Shown: positions 46,748 to 56,175 of the stretch, piece by piece
How positions within the stretch are numbered: position 1 is the stretch's first letter
Layout of the letters: the number at the start of each line of letters is the position of its first letter
DNA from: a virus
Lineage: Duplodnaviria; Caudoviricetes
Reading direction: 5' to 3' (one strand)
Virus record (IMG/VR): IMGVR_UViG_3300027851_000029
Location: 1 to 61,927 of that record
Length of the DNA: 61,927 nucleotides
Position numbers and translations under genes: made by a program
Notes under the pieces: generated by a model
Database searches by the model: none
What the model saw: the letters and a program-made list of their open reading frames with translations, nothing else
What the model was told of the DNA's origin: nothing

Positions 46748-46979
46748 CTGAGGCTCCTTTCTCGACGGCACACCGAACGCCACTGTCGAAAGGCTCAAGC
46801 GCATCACGCAGCGCATCGGCGTTCCAGACCAAAGATTCGGCCAGCGATTCGTCTGAGCTGGTGTTCAGCTTCTTTGCAATCTCGTCCAGAGGCTTCATGT
46901 GCTTTGCAATGGTTTCTGCCTTGCGCTTTGTGAGGCGTTGCAGCTCGGCCTCGTCGGCGGGTGTCCATTTCTCTTTCAT
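46737..46979 (-). CDS. hypothetical protein
   Basis: RBS GGGAG; ends in the AVEK junction motif. Confidence 0.6.
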   Translation of the reverse strand: MKEKWTPADEAELQRLTKRKAETIAKHMKPLDEIAKKLNTSSDESLAESLVWNADALRDALEPFDSGVRCAVEKGASDAN

Positions 46980-47218
46980 CACTCGCTCCCTTTCTCGACC
47001 GTGGGTCGCTCGTTGCTGTAGGGCGTGTACTCGCCATCGCCGATGTCGCACATATCCTCGAAGCACTCCGGGTGCATCTTGCTTGTGAACCACTTGCCGT
47101 CATAAACGCCGGTCTGGTGCACGTAGCCATCGCCCACATCGATGCTCTCGCCGCAATAGGTGCACTGGTGCGCCTTGCGGGCTACTCGGTTCTCATGCGG
47201 GTTGTAAAAGTCGGCCAT
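46979..47218 (-). CDS. Zn-finger hypothetical protein
   Basis: ARKAHQCTYCGE..HPEC; related pattern to 44297-44632. Confidence 0.7.
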   Translation of the reverse strand: MADFYNPHENRVARKAHQCTYCGESIDVGDGYVHQTGVYDGKWFTSKMHPECFEDMCDIGDGEYTPYSNERPTVEKGSE

Positions 47219-47889
47219 CACTCCCCCTCTTTCTCGACCGTGGCCGGTGTTCCGAACGCGGCCCACAGTCGTTTGCGCCACCAGTAAGCGCCTTGCTCGG
47301 TCGGGTGCTTGTCTCCGAACCACAGGCCATCAAGCGGGCCAGAGCCACCAAGAAACGACAGAATTGCTTGCTGCTCATCGGTCAGTGGCGCCGCCTTTGG
47401 TGGCGATGTGTAGAGCATCCTGACTTCGTATCCCGGCCACTCAACAGGATTGGCCTGAACCATGCGGACATGTTCAACAGTGCACCGTCCCCATGAAGCG
47501 CCAGTGAACCGAGATTGACCCTCCACCGGCTGCGCTGCCTGCTGTGCCGCAAGCCATCGACGGACCTCGCGGATGACGATGGAGAAAACTGAGCTATCCA
47601 ATCTAATGCCGATAGCGGTCTCAGCTTGATAGCGAACATCTTCCCAGTCAGGCTCTGGTCCTATGTCCTTCGGGACAACGACCGTCATCCATCCTGGCGG
47701 TAGTTCGGCCTGCTCGACTTGAGCTGTCAGGGCTGCGATGCGCTCCAGTAGTGGAGCTGTGGCTGCGAACCATGCGTGTCTGGCAACGTACTTGTCCAGC
47801 GGTCCGCGTTCCATTGCTGGCTTGAACTTCGTGCCATACCAGTTGTTGAATTCAGCTTCTTCTGGTCCAGGGGTAAGAGCCATGTTCAA
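47218..47889 (-). CDS. mosaic hypothetical protein
   Basis: Shares ERIAAL.AQVE, AAQPV, PPKA.PLTD and PATVEK blocks with 46085-46747. Confidence 0.7.
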   Translation of the reverse strand: MNMALTPGPEEAEFNNWYGTKFKPAMERGPLDKYVARHAWFAATAPLLERIAALTAQVEQAELPPGWMTVVVPKDIGPEPDWEDVRYQAETAIGIRLDSSVFSIVIREVRRWLAAQQAAQPVEGQSRFTGASWGRCTVEHVRMVQANPVEWPGYEVRMLYTSPPKAAPLTDEQQAILSFLGGSGPLDGLWFGDKHPTEQGAYWWRKRLWAAFGTPATVEKEGE

Positions 47890-48563
47890 TCCTCCTTCTG
47901 TTGGTTGACTGGCTTGGGTTGCGCAATCACAGCACGCAAGTCCAGAATCTCACGCTCCATGTATTCGACCTTGAGCGCGTTCGGCCAATACTCTGGCTCG
48001 CTTGTGGGGTGCTCGTCTTTGATCCTGTCGTGCCACATGCGGATGATCGGCTGCGCCTGCACTGGCTGCGCCACTGAATTGCACTCAGCGCACGGAGATT
48101 CGACAAAGTGGCGGAACGTCTGGCACGTCACTCCATGGGACTCGTAGGCTTCAACGACCTTGAGCAGATCGAAGTAACGAGAGGCCAGAACTGCGTTCGT
48201 TTCATTGATGGACTCATGGGAATCTCCAGCGGGCTGCGCCACTGGTTGCGGCTGTGGTGCTGCGGAGAGAGCACGGTTGCGAATCGTTATGAAGTAGCGC
48301 AAGAAAACGTCATGGCTCAGGCCGAACGAAAGGGCCTCCTGATTCGCGCTGTGCGCCAGTTCGCTCAAGTCGTCGTCGCACAAGTCATCCGGCACCGCTG
48401 GCGTGTTGGCTTCGATAGCCGCGCACACTTGCCGGTGAAAATCCTCCAGTGTGTGCGGCAGGAACGTGTAGGCGACCTTTTCCAATTCGCTGCGGTGGCT
48501 GTACCGGCTGGCCGTGCGGTGCGCCAGCTCGGTGAATTTTTCGAGGCTGATCGGCGTGCTCAC
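47886..48563 (-). CDS. mosaic hypothetical protein (GTG start)
   Basis: RBS AGGAG; AQPV linkers. Confidence 0.6.
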   Translation of the reverse strand: MSTPISLEKFTELAHRTASRYSHRSELEKVAYTFLPHTLEDFHRQVCAAIEANTPAVPDDLCDDDLSELAHSANQEALSFGLSHDVFLRYFITIRNRALSAAPQPQPVAQPAGDSHESINETNAVLASRYFDLLKVVEAYESHGVTCQTFRHFVESPCAECNSVAQPVQAQPIIRMWHDRIKDEHPTSEPEYWPNALKVEYMEREILDLRAVIAQPKPVNQQKED

Positions 48564-49084
48564 AGTTGCTCTCCTTGTGCTTTGGCAATCGCTGCGCGAC
48601 CGATCACGGCCCATTTTTTCAAGTTGCACCCCATGTCTGCGGGAACAGCCTCTGCATATTCGACGGACCAGTTCAGCGCCTCCAGCAGTTCCGCATTGAT
48701 TGCAGACAGGCGGTCGCGCTCGGCGATGAGTTCAAGTTCCTTGCCGTAGCTTTCGTTGATGAAAACCTTGATGGGGCGATCCATCTCAACGGATAGCGCC
48801 ATGCCAGCCGTGTCCAGTCCGTCGCAGTAGTTCCACGCAGCCACGAGGCGGCGGGCGTTGGCTTCGCGCATGTTCGGATTGTTTTCACCAAAGTCGATGG
48901 CAACGGCGACAAAGGCGTTCTTGTCAACGCCGACGATTACCGTCTCAGGACAGCCCTCGTTGTCAAAGAGAGATGCGGAAACGGCAAGTTTTCCCGGTGT
49001 GTGTTCGCTCATCTTCATTCCCTCGTATACCCGGTGCTCGCGCTGGTAGCGCTCTAGCAGGGTTTCGTCGTTGTGGGTTGGCAT
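48560..49084 (-). CDS. hypothetical protein (HTPG...ANARR..A family)
   Basis: MSEHTPG, EANARRLVAA, ELLEAL, RAAIAKA motifs; start may instead be 49012. Confidence 0.65.
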   Translation of the reverse strand: MPTHNDETLLERYQREHRVYEGMKMSEHTPGKLAVSASLFDNEGCPETVIVGVDKNAFVAVAIDFGENNPNMREANARRLVAAWNYCDGLDTAGMALSVEMDRPIKVFINESYGKELELIAERDRLSAINAELLEALNWSVEYAEAVPADMGCNLKKWAVIGRAAIAKAQGEQL

Positions 49085-49281
49085 TACGCTGCCACCTGCA
49101 GAATGTTCATCTGATCCTGCACGCGCTTGGCGGCCTGAAGCTGCTCTTCGGTCATGCGGTCGTACTGGCCCAGGCCCAGCAGCGGGCGGATCTGTTGGCC
49201 GATGGGTGAGCTGGCGCCCTGGTGGTTCCAGAGCACGTAGCACAGTGAGGCGTGGACGTTGGGTTTCATGGGTTCGATCAT
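49084..49281 (-). CDS. hypothetical protein
   Basis: LWNHQGASSPIGQQIR..LG motif. Confidence 0.6.
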   Translation of the reverse strand: MIEPMKPNVHASLCYVLWNHQGASSPIGQQIRPLLGLGQYDRMTEEQLQAAKRVQDQMNILQVAA

Positions 49282-49472
49282 GTTTTTCTCGTCGTGAATT
49301 TGGGTTGCCCGTTCCCCACCATTGGCCGCTATGAATTGCCAGCGGACCGGCCTGGTTGATCCATCCTCTGAGCCAAAGAAGTCTTGAGGGGGCTCATTGG
49401 TGAACTGGTGGGGCTTGTCACCTCGTGGGCAAGGCGAAGCTGAAAGGATTTGTCCGCTCCCTCTGTGTTGGG

Positions 49473-50414
49473 TCAGGTGGTGGGCGCAGGGTTGAGTGCT
49501 GGCGCCGGCTGAAACTCGCCGCCCAGTGCGCCAATCAGCGCCGGGATCAGCTTGCGAAGCTCTCCGGTGGCCAGCGCCACATCAGCATCAAAACCGCTCT
49601 CACTGTCGTCGGCCCGGTCATCGAACACGCCTTCGAGGAATGCAATCTTCTTGAGTCGCATGCAGTCGTCCAGCACGAAACCAACCCGGCCTTCCCAGCT
49701 CATGGCGGTCCACTTGGGCAGCTTTCCCTCGGTGATGTGCTTGCGAACTTCTTCGGTCTGGATGCTGTGGCGGTTGAACTTGACCACCGACTTCTCTTCA
49801 TCTGCCGATCGCAGCTCGCACGCGCGCTCGATGATGAAGCCGTGATCGACGTACAGTTCATCGGACACCTCCTGAGAGGCCAGCCACTGCGTTATGGCGC
49901 ATTGTGGCGTCATGGTGGTCTGCAGCAGGACCAGGGACAGGTCATTGAAGGCGTTGACCAGGGCCGTCACCAGTTCGTCGAGCTTGCCCTGGCTGCTGGC
50001 GTCGGTCATCAAAAGGCCCGCGGCCGGGTCGATCCAGACCAGCACCGAGGATTGCTTGGGGAATGCCTGCGGCAGCAGCGCCAGATAGGCGTCCTCGCGC
50101 AGTTCCTTCATCTGCTTCTTGCCTGGCTTGCGGCCGGTGGTGGCCTCGATGTGGTCGGCCTCGGCCTGCGCCTTCTCGCGCACCGTGGCGCCGGGCACGC
50201 TCTTGGTTTCGATGCGCAGCTTCATGATGCGCTGGCCGTCGATGGCTTCGACCATGGCGTCGTGCTCGTTGCCGCGTGGCGGCACCCAGCCAACGGACTT
50301 GTCTTGCGTGGCGCCGCAGGGCACGAACTGGTCGGCCATGAGTGCGGATTCCATGGCTTCCAGGGCGGGAGCCCAGCCAGAAGCGATGCGGTAGATCGTG
50401 AGGTTCTTGAACAT
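49473..50414 (-). CDS. rdgC: recombination-associated protein RdgC
   Basis: MFKNLTIYR, GWVPPRG, LLPQAF, FDADVAL.TGEL. Confidence 0.95.
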   Translation of the reverse strand: MFKNLTIYRIASGWAPALEAMESALMADQFVPCGATQDKSVGWVPPRGNEHDAMVEAIDGQRIMKLRIETKSVPGATVREKAQAEADHIEATTGRKPGKKQMKELREDAYLALLPQAFPKQSSVLVWIDPAAGLLMTDASSQGKLDELVTALVNAFNDLSLVLLQTTMTPQCAITQWLASQEVSDELYVDHGFIIERACELRSADEEKSVVKFNRHSIQTEEVRKHITEGKLPKWTAMSWEGRVGFVLDDCMRLKKIAFLEGVFDDRADDSESGFDADVALATGELRKLIPALIGALGGEFQPAPALNPAPTT

Positions 50415-50424
50415 GGTTGTCCGA

Positions 50425-50670
50425 TCAGTATTCGACTTGATCCCACTGCTTATCAGTGGGTGCTTCTTTGTGGGTGAAAACGGCCCAGTCGCCCTTGTGT
50501 TCTGGTCGCGGGTCCATGTGCAGGTGTCCTGGCTGGCATTCGCTCGGGTCCATTCCGCAGGGTTTCAGGTCTTCGAGGCTGCAGCCGCATGGCGCGTTTG
50601 GGTCCACAAGGCCGGTGAACCCGTTGTCTTGCAGGTATTGCTTGACGATCTTGATGACTGTTTGGCTCAT
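50425..50670 (-). CDS. small Cys-rich hypothetical protein
   Basis: YL..NGF.GL..CGC..DL.PC..C.PG. Confidence 0.65.
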   Translation of the reverse strand: MSQTVIKIVKQYLQDNGFTGLVDPNAPCGCSLEDLKPCGMDPSECQPGHLHMDPRPEHKGDWAVFTHKEAPTDKQWDQVEY

Positions 50671-51041
50671 GCCGTCACCGCCTTCGCTTGCCGGCGCACG
50701 CCATCGGCAAAAGACCGGGCTCGGCCGCCGATGTTGTTCATGCTGCTGCGCGGCGGGCTGGTCAGCGTCACGGAATCGAACGCACGGGACATCGCATCGG
50801 CGCGCTGCTCAAGGCATTGGGTGGCCACGGCCTCGAAGTCCATGCCAAAGGTCTTGGTGAACCACTCGTCATAGCCACCAAACAGGAACATTGGCACGCT
50901 GTTCGCCTCGCCGGCGTCGGCGCCCAGCGCGTCAGCGCCGTACTTGCCATTGCCCAGGATGCAGACCATCACGGCAGCGATCTGCAGGTCTTCGGCCTCG
51001 AAGTGGTAGGCGTCGCTGGGGTTGATCAGGTTGAATTTCAT
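50667..51041 (-). CDS. hypothetical protein
   Basis: MKFNLINPSD; RBS GGAGG; overlaps at both ends. Confidence 0.7.
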   Translation of the reverse strand: MKFNLINPSDAYHFEAEDLQIAAVMVCILGNGKYGADALGADAGEANSVPMFLFGGYDEWFTKTFGMDFEAVATQCLEQRADAMSRAFDSVTLTSPPRSSMNNIGGRARSFADGVRRQAKAVTA

Positions 51042-51742
51042 ACGGCCTCCGTTTGTTCTGTTGGTGCAGTCGCGGTCTTCGCGTTGTCGTAGGTCTTGAT
51101 CCCCCAGGCGATGGCGTAGCAGCACCACAGGAAATCGAAGGTGTATTCGCGGCAGCTCCACTCCCAGCATTCGGACATGTCAAACGACACGCCGTCGATG
51201 CTGGTTGTGAAGTCGCGCGCAGAGTCATACGCCCGCACGTCACCGTCGTCCGCGTTGCACAACACGTCGATCTCAAGCTCTTCCCAGAGCTGGGCTGATT
51301 TGCTGGCGAACTCGTCGCGATCCGTCTGCAAGGCTTCGTCGTTCGGCTTCTCCATTTCGACCCAGTTGTCGTAGGCCTCCTTGACGTGCTGACGGAAAGA
51401 TTCGGCGCTGTATTCCTTGGCGTGGCGGCTGTTTGGCGCCCGCAGCTTCTCGCTCCAGTAGCCAGGGTTGATGGCGAGATGGGTTCCCTTGCGCGTCAGG
51501 TATTCGCGGTCAGTGCGGAAGAACTCGAACATGTCGTGCAGGCGACGAAACACGAAAGTTCCCATGTCTCCGTCGATGCACAGCGTTCCGTCCCAGGTGA
51601 TCAGGTCAAACCAGTAGGCGCTTTGATCCGGTCGTTTGAATCGCAGATGCCGGTGCACCCCATCGTTGCGGATGACTGTCATCTGGTGGTTGGCCGCGTC
51701 TTTCAGGAAGCGGTCTTCATCGCAGGCCTGGGTAGTGCTCAT
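51038..51742 (-). CDS. conserved phage hypothetical protein
   Basis: HRHLRF..YWFDLITW.G.L.I.GD.G..F.R; INPGYWSEK; WCCYAIAWGI. Confidence 0.8.
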   Translation of the reverse strand: MSTTQACDEDRFLKDAANHQMTVIRNDGVHRHLRFKRPDQSAYWFDLITWDGTLCIDGDMGTFVFRRLHDMFEFFRTDREYLTRKGTHLAINPGYWSEKLRAPNSRHAKEYSAESFRQHVKEAYDNWVEMEKPNDEALQTDRDEFASKSAQLWEELEIDVLCNADDGDVRAYDSARDFTTSIDGVSFDMSECWEWSCREYTFDFLWCCYAIAWGIKTYDNAKTATAPTEQTEAV

Positions 51743-52554
51743 GCGGCCTCCAGCATCTTGGAAGCATTGGCGGCGATGGCGGGCTTGCTGCGCAGCGTGA
51801 ACTCATACCGGTCCACAAGGCGCATGAACTCGATCAGCTCGGATTCCAGCGCCTCGATATAGGCCTCGTCGCGCTCGACCACGCGCCAGTACAACTCCTT
51901 GCCGACGACGGACAGGGCCGGGCAGTACATGGCGAAGTGCCAGCGGGCGCGGCCGGTGATCCACATACAACCCTGGATCTGGTCGATGTACTTGCTGATG
52001 TCGTGGTCCAGCACCACGTCGCGCACACCTTCTGGCGACACGAGGCACTTGTATTCGCTGCCCGCGTCGTCAGAAATGAGGCCATCGGCGGATGCTCCGA
52101 ATTTTCCGTCGTCAGTGACCACGAACCCGGCGCGAAACACGACTTCACCGCTGGCCATCTCGTGCGCGGCGCGTGCCGCCGGCTCCAGCTCGTGGCCGCG
52201 CTTCATGGCCCACGTCTCGAAGCCTTCGTCCAGCGGCTTGCCGGCGATGCGCTCGACCGCTACGCGGAAGGCGTAGTTCTTGGCCGCCTCAGAGAAGTCG
52301 CCGATTGGCAGGCCTGCAATGGCGCGCTGCACGGTTTCCGTCAGCTTGGGCTTGGTCTTGTACTCGGCCATGGCCTGGGCAACCTCGGGCGGCTCGCCGG
52401 CCCGGATCGCGTCCACATACTTCTGCTGCTGCTCGGTCAGTCCGCCAACACGCTCACGCGCGACACGGAACATGCTGGCGGTGATCACCCCGGCCCTGGC
52501 GATGTGCCAGGATTCGGAGCCTTGTTCGCATTCAATGATTCGCATGCTGCTCAC
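51739..52554 (-). CDS. YqaJ/lambda-exonuclease family recombination nuclease
   Basis: QGSESW..R.G.ITAS, MKRGHELEP, GASADG, EYKC, QIQG.MW. Confidence 0.92.
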   Translation of the reverse strand: MSSMRIIECEQGSESWHIARAGVITASMFRVARERVGGLTEQQQKYVDAIRAGEPPEVAQAMAEYKTKPKLTETVQRAIAGLPIGDFSEAAKNYAFRVAVERIAGKPLDEGFETWAMKRGHELEPAARAAHEMASGEVVFRAGFVVTDDGKFGASADGLISDDAGSEYKCLVSPEGVRDVVLDHDISKYIDQIQGCMWITGRARWHFAMYCPALSVVGKELYWRVVERDEAYIEALESELIEFMRLVDRYEFTLRSKPAIAANASKMLEAA

Positions 52555-53528
52555 TCCCCACGGATCGCGGCCAGGCGCGTGTTGAACAGGGCTTCCAGCT
52601 CGGGGCGGGCGGCTTCACGCTCGGCCTCGGGTACGGCATCAAGCCAGTCCATCGAAACGTAAAGCGCATCCTCGGACTTCGCCGACTCCAGCTTCTTGCG
52701 CACATCGGCCACGGTGGTGACGATCTCGCCGGTTTCTTGGTTGGTCGCAGGCGGTGGCGTGGTCTTGGCTCCGGTTTCCACCGTGCGGGCGGCGTCGGCG
52801 CGCTGGGCCTGGTCTTTGAAGTCTTGATGCTCCTTGGTGCCGGCCAGCTTCTGCTGCACATCGGCGCCCAGGCTCTTCCAGAACGTCACGTAGGCCTTGG
52901 CGCCCTTGGCTGCGGCTTCGTCGGCTGCAGTGATCTGGTCGGGCGTCCATGCGCTCACGACTTCGGCGGTGCCCATGTCGCGGGGGATGTCCATCACCTC
53001 CTCGGCCACCGGCATACCGCGCAGCACGTCGGCGAAGACATCGCGCAGCGCAAAGGCGCGGGCGCGCATCTGGCGCATGCGCTTGGGGTACTGGGTCCAG
53101 GGGCCCTGCTTGCCCACCAGTCCGGCCAGCTTCGCGTCGTCCATGCTGAACGTGCGCACCTGTTCAGACTCTCCGCGGCGCTTCGTCTTGCAGGTCGCGG
53201 TGTGGCCGTCGTCGCTCTCCTGCACGTACTCGCAGGCTGGGCTGCTGCGCACCAGTGCGATCACGGCATCACCCCAAAGCGCGGCGCGTCCGTTGATGAC
53301 CGCGATGTTGGACAGGGCCTGCAAGGGCTTGAGGCCCAGCTCGGCGCCCCACTGCATGGCGATCAGGCAGTTGCCGGGCTTGCCCTTGAAGTCCTTGGGC
53401 ACAAGATCACTCTCGGCCAAGTAGTTCGAGAAGGTCAGCGCCTGCTCAAAGGTCTGAGGACTCAGATCGACCTGGCTGGCAGGCTTCACAGACAGAGCCA
53501 TGGATTCGGCGCGGGTGGTGGTGTTCAT
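52551..53528 (-). CDS. RecT-like single-strand annealing protein
   Basis: G.ELGL.PLQAL.NIAVINGR, W..YPKRM..RA..FALRDVFADVLRG; adjacent to the exonuclease. Confidence 0.85.
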   Translation of the reverse strand: MNTTTRAESMALSVKPASQVDLSPQTFEQALTFSNYLAESDLVPKDFKGKPGNCLIAMQWGAELGLKPLQALSNIAVINGRAALWGDAVIALVRSSPACEYVQESDDGHTATCKTKRRGESEQVRTFSMDDAKLAGLVGKQGPWTQYPKRMRQMRARAFALRDVFADVLRGMPVAEEVMDIPRDMGTAEVVSAWTPDQITAADEAAAKGAKAYVTFWKSLGADVQQKLAGTKEHQDFKDQAQRADAARTVETGAKTTPPPATNQETGEIVTTVADVRKKLESAKSEDALYVSMDWLDAVPEAEREAARPELEALFNTRLAAIRGE

Positions 53529-53551
53529 GGGTGTTTCCTTTCGGGGTGAGG

Positions 53552-54772
53552 TCAGGCGATGTCAGCAACAGCCGGCGTCCATTCGATAAAGTCGTCAGCG
53601 CGGGCACACAGCCACTGGCAGGCGGTTTCTTGGTCGACTCCGTACTCGAAGGCGATGCACTTGATCAGCGAGGCGGCAGGCGGCGCGTCGGTGCTTGAAT
53701 CGATACTGGTGCGAGCAGCAGGTGCCGTGTCCACGAGGTCGGCATCAGGCAGGGCGCGGATGACGTTGATCTCCAGCGGCGCAGCCTGAAACTCGTTGAG
53801 CGCTGCGATTTCCTTCTCGGAAAACTGCAGGTCGTCGGCGATGGCAATGCCAACATCGGCGATCACGCAAACTGCGCCGGCCAGGGCTTTCTTCTCAGGC
53901 GCCACATCAGCGGGGATGGCTGCCTTGGCGGCCTCCAGATCGGCGCGCATCCGTGCCACCTCGGCCTGCTGCTCGGCCAGCTTGTCGGCGGCCTCTTGTT
54001 GCTGGCGGGCGAACTCGGCACGCTCGGCGGCCAACTTGTCGGCATCGGCTTTCTGCTGGGCCGCCAGCTCGTCGGCCTTCTGCTTGGCCTCGGCCTGCTG
54101 TCGGGCCAACTCTTCGCGTTCGGCCTTGAGGCGCGCGGCCTCGGCTTCCGTGGCCAGCCGGGTGTTCAGCGTGTTCTCGACCTGCTGGCGCGTTTCGGCG
54201 AACACGTTGACGGCCTCGGCCTCAAATTCCTCGAAGCCCGTCATGTCCAGGCCATTCATGCGCTCGACCAGCCGGCGCACGGCATCGCTGCTGCGGCAAT
54301 CCTGAGCCAGACGGGCAAATCCGCGGATATCCTGAATGCGCGCGCCCAGGTCCAGCAGGCGGGCACGCTCTTTCTCTTCGGCCTCCTTCTTGATGCGGGC
54401 CTGTTCATCGTCCCAGGCATCGCGCAGGGCCTTGAGGCGCTTTTCCTCGGATTCAACAATGGCGATCAGACGGGCCTGCTCTTCCAGCACCGCCTGGTTG
54501 AACTTCTTCGCGTCTTCGCGCACCTCGTCGCCGCGCGCCTTGACGCTGGTGCGTGCACGCATCAATTCCATGGCGGCACCATGCACCTGCTCGCGGCCAA
54601 CCTTGTCTTTGATCTCGACCAGCCCGGTGTGCTTGGCGGCCATGGCCAGCAGATCCTGCTCGGTCTGGGTGGAATTGAGCGCGACCAGCGCGCGGTCGGC
54701 CGGCGCCAGATCGGTGATGGACGGTGCGTCGGGCTGCGCCACGTCGATGGGGAGATGGGTTTCAGTGCTCAT
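53552..54772 (-). CDS. long coiled-coil phage protein
   Basis: A/E/K/Q/R heptad repeats; usual position upstream of recT. Confidence 0.8.
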   Translation of the reverse strand: MSTETHLPIDVAQPDAPSITDLAPADRALVALNSTQTEQDLLAMAAKHTGLVEIKDKVGREQVHGAAMELMRARTSVKARGDEVREDAKKFNQAVLEEQARLIAIVESEEKRLKALRDAWDDEQARIKKEAEEKERARLLDLGARIQDIRGFARLAQDCRSSDAVRRLVERMNGLDMTGFEEFEAEAVNVFAETRQQVENTLNTRLATEAEAARLKAEREELARQQAEAKQKADELAAQQKADADKLAAERAEFARQQQEAADKLAEQQAEVARMRADLEAAKAAIPADVAPEKKALAGAVCVIADVGIAIADDLQFSEKEIAALNEFQAAPLEINVIRALPDADLVDTAPAARTSIDSSTDAPPAASLIKCIAFEYGVDQETACQWLCARADDFIEWTPAVADIA

Positions 54773-54793
54773 GGTGTTCTCGTATGTGGTTGG

Positions 54794-55168
54794 TCAGGCG
54801 GAAAGGCCGGCAGCTTCCAGAAGCTCGGCATGCTCTTTGACTGCCTCTTCGGCGATGGCTTGAACGGCCTTTGCTTGGCGCTCCAGGGCGTCTATCAAAA
54901 GAGCCTGGAAGTTGGCCTTGATTGCGGCTTCAAGGTGCAGCTTCAGCGCCATGGGCATGGGGTGGTAGTTGGTGGCTCCGTCGCTGTACTGGTGGTAAAC
55001 GGTTGGCGCCGATTCGCCCGATGCGATTGAAAAACTGCGCAACGCTCCGATGCCGCCGCCGCCACCGTGATACCTGTCTCCGATCAATGCGGCCCATTTC
55101 GCAGAATCGCTGGCATCGCGTTTCGCTGCTTTGTATTGGTCAATCTTGGTGCTCATGGTGTTGCTCAC
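54794..55168 (-). CDS. hypothetical protein
   Basis: Coupled ORF. Confidence 0.65.
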   Translation of the reverse strand: MSNTMSTKIDQYKAAKRDASDSAKWAALIGDRYHGGGGGIGALRSFSIASGESAPTVYHQYSDGATNYHPMPMALKLHLEAAIKANFQALLIDALERQAKAVQAIAEEAVKEHAELLEAAGLSA

Positions 55169-55428
55169 TTCGCGGAAACAAAAAGGGTTGCAGCCAGCAC
55201 CATGGAGAGAACAATCACCAGGGCGGCAATCTTGAGGTACTCCGCCAACAGGCGGACGGAAGCGATCGGCTCCGTCATTTCGACGGAGGAATCACCATTG
55301 ATCTGCGAGTCCATGAACGGGATGTCGATGACCGGCAGGCCAATCAGCCCGGTCTGTGCGCAATGGCACTCGGGAAATTTGCACGGTTCGTCGTTGGCGC
55401 CGACGCAGCGCTTCAAAGCTGTTTGCAT
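55165..55428 (-). CDS. hypothetical membrane protein
   Basis: N-terminal Cys cluster, C-terminal TM helix; RBS GAGG. Confidence 0.6.
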   Translation of the reverse strand: MQTALKRCVGANDEPCKFPECHCAQTGLIGLPVIDIPFMDSQINGDSSVEMTEPIASVRLLAEYLKIAALVIVLSMVLAATLFVSAK

Positions 55429-55435
55429 TCGATCC

Positions 55436-55603
55436 TCACAAAACAAGAGCGGAAACAAAAGCCAGCGCAAGGCAGATGGCCACGGCGAGACTGGCGGAAC
55501 GGGTGCGAGCGAACAGCGGTCGCGAGACTTCGATTGCGCAGCCGTATTCGGGTCCGAACGGGAAGGCGTCTTGCATCGTGCGTGCGTATTTCTTGGTGTT
55601 CAC
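55436..55603 (-). CDS. 55-aa membrane peptide (not in the ORF track)
   Basis: GTG start; YARTMQDAFP..YG.AIE plus a TM helix. Confidence 0.6.
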   Translation of the reverse strand: MNTKKYARTMQDAFPFGPEYGCAIEVSRPLFARTRSASLAVAICLALAFVSALVL

Positions 55604-55794
55604 TGCTCACCCCACTTGAGTTGTTCAGCCAATGCGCGGGCATCGTCGCGGCGGCGCAATTCGCCGCTGTTTTTCATTTCCATGTAGGCCAGGTCGGCGC
55701 GGCGCGCGGCTTCGTCTGCCTGGCGGCGGATGTCGCTGTCGGGCGGTGCGAACGGCGCCAATGCAATGGCCAGCGCGTCAGGGATTCGTTGCAT
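55600..55794 (-). CDS. hypothetical protein
   Basis: RBS AAGGA. Confidence 0.55.
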   Translation of the reverse strand: MQRIPDALAIALAPFAPPDSDIRRQADEAARRADLAYMEMKNSGELRRRDDARALAEQLKWGEQ

Positions 55795-55873
55795 GACGAT
55801 CCTTTCGGGAAGAAAAAAGCCAGCCACTGTTTCCAGGGCTGGCGAAAAGCACCGAAGTGCTTAGGGAGGTAAT

Positions 55874-55928
55874 GTTTAACTACCTGATGCATCGGACGGA
55901 CAAGCCGCCGATGATCTAGCGGTTAGCC
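55874..55928 (+). other. attC-like site A4
   Basis: R'' GTTTAAC, AT[G]CATCGG[A]CGG/CCGCCGATGAT, R' GTTAGCC. Confidence 0.8.
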
Positions 55929-56161
55929 GTCTTCATCTGGCGCAACGTATCGAGGTGCAGGATGTCAATCGCGGTGTGTATCTCTCTGCAATCACGCCCG
56001 CCCATGCTGCCGTCCTCGTGGCGCGTTGGCTTGCTGCATTCGGTCATCGCCATCGCAAACGCCTCAAGGCGCCCTTGCAATCTTGCAACGTCCATCGCCC
56101 GCGCAAAATCTTCGCGGTCGGCGCGTTCGGTTTCTGTCTCTTGCTTCAGTTCAATGTGCAT
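55916..56161 (-). CDS. hypothetical protein (cassette C5)
   Basis: RBS AGGGG; stop codon inside site A4. Confidence 0.6.
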   Translation of the reverse strand: MHIELKQETETERADREDFARAMDVARLQGRLEAFAMAMTECSKPTRHEDGSMGGRDCREIHTAIDILHLDTLRQMKTANR

Positions 56162-56175
56162 GTCGTTCCCCTTTT

